NCBI GenBank assembly: GCA_016716605.1
Contig: JADJWA010000001.1
Span: forward strand, 2,805,684-2,869,683
Origin: Flavobacteriales bacterium
GTDB taxonomy: Bacteria; Bacteroidota; Bacteroidia; Flavobacteriales_F; PHOS-HE28
DNA: 64,000 bases
Direction of reading: 5' to 3'
The notes under the pieces are model-generated. The model ran no database searches. It worked only from the letters and a program-made list of their open reading frames with translations, and had not been told where the DNA came from. Shown here piece after piece: positions 58,801-64,000 of this stretch (the stretch's first letter is position 1; every line of letters starts with the position of its first letter). Made by a program: the position numbers and the translations under genes.

Positions 58801-61800
58801 TCGATCAGCTGTCCTGCGCAAGAGCAATCCGCGCCGTACACATCGTTGCCGGTGGTGGGATCGCTGTCATCGCAAGGCGTACCGGGCAGTGCCGATCCGC
58901 CGGGCACGTTCTCACAATCGAACAGCAGGCCGACGCAGTTGCAGTTGAGGTCGTAGGCATCGTTGCCCGTGGTGGGATCGCCGTCATCGCAGGGCGTTCC
59001 GGGAAGCGCCGAGCCGCCGGGCACGTTCTCACAATCGAACAGCAGGCCGACGCAGTTGCAGTTGAGGTCGTAGGCATCGTTGCCGGTGGTGGGATCGCCG
59101 TCATCGCAGGGCGTTCCGGGAAGCGCTGCGCCTCCGGGGACGTTGGTGCAATCGATCAGCTGTCCTGCGCAAGAGCAATCCGCGCCATACACGTCGTTGC
59201 CGGTGGTGGGATCGCCGTCATCGCAGGGCGTTCCGGGCAGCGCCGAGCCGCCGGGGACGTTGGTGCAATCGATCAGCTGTCCAGCGCAGGAGCAATCCGC
59301 GCCGTACACATCGTTGCCGGTGGTGGGATCGCTGTCATCGCAGGGCGTTCCGGGCAGTGCCGATCCGCCGGGGACGTTGGTGCAATCGATCAGCTGTCCT
59401 GCGCAGGTGCAATCCGCGCCGTACACATCGTTGCCGGTGGCGGGATCGCCGTCATCGCAGGGCGTTCCGGGAAGCGCTGCGCCTCCGGGGACGTTGGTGC
59501 AATCGATCAGCTGTCCAGCGCAGGAGCAATCAGCTCCAAACACATCGTTGCCTGTGGTGGGATCGCCGTCATCGCAAGGCGTGCCGGGCAGTGCCGATCC
59601 GCCGGGGACGTTGGCGCAATCGATCAGCACACCGACGCAGTTGCAGTTGAGGTCGTAGGCATCGTTGCCCGTGGCGGATCGCCGTCATCACAGGGCGTTC
59701 CGGGCAGCGCCGATCCGCCGGGGACGTTGGTGCAATCGATCAGCACACCGACGCAGTTGCAGTTGAGGTCGTAGGCATCGTTGCCGGTGGTGGGATCGCC
59801 GTCATCGCAGGGCGTTCCGGGCAGCGCTGCGCCTCCGGGGACGTTGGTGCAATCGATCAGCTGTCCAGCGCAGGAGCAATCCGCGCCATACACGTCGTTG
59901 CCGGTGGTGGGATCGCCGTCATCGCAGGGCGTTCCGGGAAGCGCTGCGCCTCCGGGGACGTTGGTGCAATCGATCAGCTGTCCTGCGCAAGAGCAATCCG
60001 CGCCGTACACATCGTTGCCGGTGGCGGGATCGCCGTCATCGCAGGGCGTTCCGGGAAGCGCTGCGCCTCCGGGGACGTTGGCGCAATCGATCAGCACACC
60101 GACGCAGTTGCAGTTGAGGTCGTAGGCATCGTTGCCGGTGGTGGGATCGCCGTCATCGCAGGGCGTTCCGGGCAGCGCTGCGCCTCCGGGGACGTTGGTG
60201 CAATCGATCAGCACACCGACGCAGTTGCAGTTGAGGTCGTAGGCGTCGTTGCCCGTGGTGGGGTCGCCGTCATCGCAGGGCGTTCCGGGAAGCGCTGCGC
60301 CTCCGGGGACGTTGGTGCAATCGATCAGCTGTCCAGCGCAGGAGCAATCCGCGCCATACACATCGTTGCCGGTGGTGGGATCGCCGTCATCGCAGGGCGT
60401 TCCGGGAACGATAATGATGAGTTCCAGGGTCTCGGTGTGGCAGCCAACGATGTGGGAATAACTGCCGCTGGCAGTGTAGGCGATTCCATCGGCCGCCCAG
60501 GTGTAGCTGTTGCAGGCGGTAGCGACCGAGTGGTTGCTGGTGCTGGGCGTGATAGTGAGGTCGAGGGTCTCGGTGTGGCAGCCAAGAGTGTAGGCGTAGC
60601 TGCCGCTGGCAGTGTAGGTATTGCCATCCACAGCCCAGATGTAGCTGTCGCAGGCACTGACCGCCGTCGTATCAGACGTTTGCCCGGCTATCCGGATCGT
60701 GTGGTTATTCCATAGCCCATTTCCGAATGCATCCTCGATCCACATGGTCATGTTCACCAGCGTGTCCTGGTTGAACACCGTGCCCGGAGCGGGTGTCATC
60801 GTGTTGGTCCAGGCGCTGCAATCGCTCACGGTGATACTGTCCCGGAGGTCAGGGAAAACGAGTGAGCAACCCGGGCCGCTGAGCAGGAGCGGGTATTCGT
60901 CGTATAGCGGGCATGCTACTGTGGGTGCATCGTCATCTGTCACTTCTATCTCGAAGGAGCATGTGCTCTGCAGGCCGGCGGCGTCGGTGGCGGTGTACTC
61001 GATTGCGTGCGTGCCGATCGCGAACGTGCTTCCTGGCGCTTGGCCATCGGTCTGGACGATCGTTGCGCCTGGGCAGTTGTCGATCACAGTTGGCGGAGTC
61101 CACGTGGCCGTTGCACCGCATGTGTTGGCCACGGAGGTCATCGATATGTCCCCTGGGCAATTCGCGAATGCCGGAGGTGTGGCATCAACGATGCTCACGC
61201 TGAATGCGCAGTTGGCGCTCAGACCGCCCTGTGTGGCTGTCAGCGTGACCGTGACCGTACCGGTGCCTACGGATGCGCCCGGTGCCGGTGATTGCGAGAC
61301 CACCACGCCGGTGTTCCCGCTGCAATTCCCTGCAACAGTCGCGCTGAGGGTGTAATCCGGCAAGGACACGGTGCAATTCGCGCCTGCATTGAGTTGCGCA
61401 ACAAAGGCGGGGCAGGAGATGGAAGGGGCGTTCGAATCGACCACATTCACGCTCCACGCGCACGTATCCTGGTTGCCGCTGTCATCACGGTGGATTTCCA
61501 TGATCTGATGAAGCCCTGGAGCGAACGCGTGGTTCAACTGTCCGGTCACCTCTTGCCAAAGCGTATTGCCCGACTCCAGGATGAAGGCGCGATAATCGCT
61601 CTCGGTGTCAGCATCGCAGTTGTCCGAGCTCTCGATCGTCGGGAAGGTGTACAGGTGCTCACAGCTGTTAGGGTCGGTATTCAGGACAATCGTTCCGGGC
61701 CCAGGACAGTTGTCGAACACCGGTGGATCGTTGTCGATGGTGACCACGGTCATCGGGCACTGGCCTACGTTCGCCCATGCATCGGTTGTGTAGATGTGGA

Positions 61801-64000
61801 TGATGTCCCCTGTCTGGACCAGGCTGCCCACTGCGAGGTCCTGCAGCAAACTCAGCGAGCTGGTGCAGTTGTCCATGACGCTGGTCGCCATGCCGGTCAC
61901 ATTAGGCACTGCTGCCTTGCATGAGGCGCCTGCAGTGAGTTCAATCGTCGGCGGGCAGGTCACCAAGGGGGCCTCATAGTCGCCGCTGATCACCACGAAG
62001 CTGCATGCGCTCGTGTTGCCCGATGGATCGATTGCGGTATAGGTCACGGTTACGGTATCTGGAAGCCACAGTCCATCACCATGGGTCGAGGTCCACGCGA
62101 CACTTGTGCAGTTATCGCTCAATGAATCGGGCGGATTCAGGCTGACATCCGCCCCGCACTGACCGGTAACGTACGTGCTCGAATAGCTGGCCGGGCACAC
62201 GATCATCGGAGCTATCGTGTCCAGCACGGTGATTGACCAGTCGCAGATACTGAAGTTCCCGTTCGCGTCGAAGATCGTGTCGGTGAATTGGTGCGTCCCC
62301 AAGGAAGGTCGATCGCGCTTCCGCCACCAACACCCAGATCCACATCGACCAGTATCGCGGTGCCGTTCACGGAGATGGTCCCGCCAGCTGATCCCGCGAT
62401 CAGGAATGGGCCACCGCTGATCGGTCCGAGGCAATTGTCAGTGCTCGCGATGTTCGGAACATTGTACGGCGCCGTGCAGGATGCCGCGGTCACAAAGAGC
62501 GTATCGTCCTGGGGGCAGACCACCGATGGCGGGATCAGGTCCTGCACGATGATGGTGGTTGTGCTGCTATAGGTGGTGCCGCATGCGCCCCCATCCAGCA
62601 GAACCCGGAATCGCATGGTGCCGGTGATTCCGCTCCAGGTAAGGGAGTCGGATGATTCAGTGAGCGGGATCCAGGTGACGCCATCCACGCTGCGCTCCCA
62701 TCGGATCACCTGGCCGCTGGAGCCCGTGAGGGTGAGCACACCGGAAGCGCTGGGGCAATAGGTGCCGCCGCCACTGATGGTGCCGCCTTCAGGTGGGTCG
62801 TCCACAAGGATCGTGCGTGTATGCGTGTAATTGCAGGAACCAAGTATCACAGCGTAGGTGACGGGATACTGACCTGAGGCGGGTGGCGTGAATGTGCCTG
62901 CTGCGCTCACGTATGGCCCGCCGCTCCAGATGCCACCAGCCATGCTGGATCCCAGGAAGCGGACAGCGTCGAGCAGGAAGGCGGTATAGAGCCCGTTGCT
63001 GTGCCGTTGCACCTTGATGAAGCGTGCGTTCACCGGTACCGGGTAGCTCGTGGTGACGTAGGTTCCGCTGGTGGTGCTGTAGGTGGTTGAGTTGCTCCAG
63101 GTCACACCATCCAAGGATGAGGAAACGAGCATGCGCGCCTGCACGCCGGCGGTCTGGCTTCGCCACAAGAGGCTTACGGCCTCTCCAACCAGAACCGTAT
63201 CGGCCAGATCAAGCACCGCCCAGCTACTCGTGGCGTTGAAGGATGCTCCGACTCCGTTTGGAGCGCCAACAGCTTGCTCGGGGGTTATGGCGTTGGAGCT
63301 GGCAACCACCGAATCGGCATAAGCCAGCAGGTAGATGTTCAGGTCGAATGGAGCATTGCTCGTGCAGAACGGACCTGGTTGCGCGAAGCGGGCCGGATTG
63401 TTCGAGACGTTGGCCCAATCGGGGTCAGTGAAGCTGGCCGTGAACAGGTCCGTGCCGCTTGATCCGGCGTACGTGTTGCTGCCCAGAGTGAGCGCGTCCT
63501 CGAATTGTCCGCCGACGATTTGGCCTCCATTGCCCGTAGCGGCGATCGCCATTGCGCTTTCATCATCAGGGCTCGCTTCGCGCTGGTACCACACGGCCGT
63601 GCCATCCCGGTTGAATCGAGCGAACAGGAGATCTTCATCGGAATTGCCCGGGATCACGGTGCCGCCATCACTGGTCAGTGTACCGGAGCTCATTCCGGCC
63701 ACATTGATCTGCCCGTTCCGGCCAACCGAGACATCGTAACCTGTGGCGCCGTGGTCAATGCTGCTCGAGGCGGTCCGGATCCAATTGGTGATGCCGTTGG
63801 TTGGATGGAGCGATGCAAGGAACCAGTAATCGTGCGTGCCGGGATTCGTCGGCGTGATGCCGCCCGGGAATAGCGTTCCAGTGTGCGTTCGGCCGGTGAT
63901 GTACACACCGGCGCAATCGACCGCCACGCCGTTGCACTCCGCTTCCGAGTCACCCGGATTGTTGATCAGCCTGGTCCAAGCATGACCACCCGCAAGGCTC
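52797..64000 (-). CDS. giant T9SS-secreted cell-surface adhesin (HYR/Ig-like domains, ~53 Cys-rich 39-aa repeats, CHU_C gliding-motility C-terminal domain). It is 5'-truncated by the window and has local frame breaks
   Basis: The C-terminus NGDGSNDRWEIRGIEAYP...DDTYFYVLN is the CHU_C/T9SS type B sorting domain. HYR-like domains lie at 60.4 to 62.4 kb. ORFs 52797..56822, 56880..59630, 59624..62434 and 62212..63927 are collinear pieces of one reading direction, separated by 1-nt indels. Confidence 0.65.
54180..60410 (-). repeat. tandem array of about 53 near-identical 117-bp units encoding the repeat LIDCTNVPGG(S/A)ALPGTPCDDGDP(T/A)TGNDVYGADCSCAGQ
   Basis: Strict 117-nt periodicity is visible directly. 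Long blocks are identical at an offset of 3159 bp (27 units). Confidence 0.9.

Noticed and set aside
54180-60410. Highly periodic array considered as CRISPR
   Set aside because: The period is 117 nt with no repeat/spacer alternation. Every unit is protein-coding in one frame of the minus strand (Cys-rich adhesin repeat). There is no leader and there are no cas genes.

Overview
The window is a high-GC Bacteroidota-type chromosomal segment and divides into three parts. The evidence for the phylum is a T9SS PorP/SprF protein, CHU_C and Por C-terminal sorting domains, and an Ala/Glu-tailed ribosomal protein S16. (1) Positions 1 to about 18.9 kb look like the right-hand portion of an integrated mobile island, with GC visibly lower than the flanking DNA (judged by eye, not computed). 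It carries a complete four-gene type II CBASS anti-phage operon on the + strand: a NucC-like PD-(D/E)xK nuclease effector, a cGAS/DncV-like nucleotidyltransferase (CD-NTase), Cap2 (E1/E2-like) and Cap3 (JAB/JAMM peptidase). A convergent Rpn/YhgA-like PD-(D/E)xK nuclease follows. The island then carries a minus-strand heavy-metal resistance module: an MFS-rhodanese fusion, a P1B-type ATPase with an atypical DKTRT motif, a CzcB-like adaptor, and a CzcA-type RND pump fused in frame to its TolC-like outer-membrane factor (OMF). It ends with a small Cys/His-rich secreted protein, two hypothetical proteins, an excisionase-like HTH gene and a tyrosine integrase at the right edge. (2) Positions 19 to 52.8 kb are housekeeping backbone. 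They encode a rhomboid protease, a GmhB-like HAD phosphatase, a class IV aminotransferase, YqgE/AlgH, a GH20 hexosaminidase, rpsP, AsmA, two OmpA/PD40 proteins, a lysyl-endopeptidase-like protease, TerC, bshA, a family III CoA-transferase, tRNA-Leu(GAG) and tRNA-Lys(UUU), aroK, pyrR, rlmD, def and pyrC. (3) Positions 52.8 to 64 kb encode PorP/SprF followed by a giant minus-strand adhesin of at least 11 kb. It has HYR/Ig-like domains, about 53 near-identical 117-bp (39-aa, four-Cys) tandem repeats and a CHU_C sorting tail, and it is interrupted by a repeated 1-nt indel.
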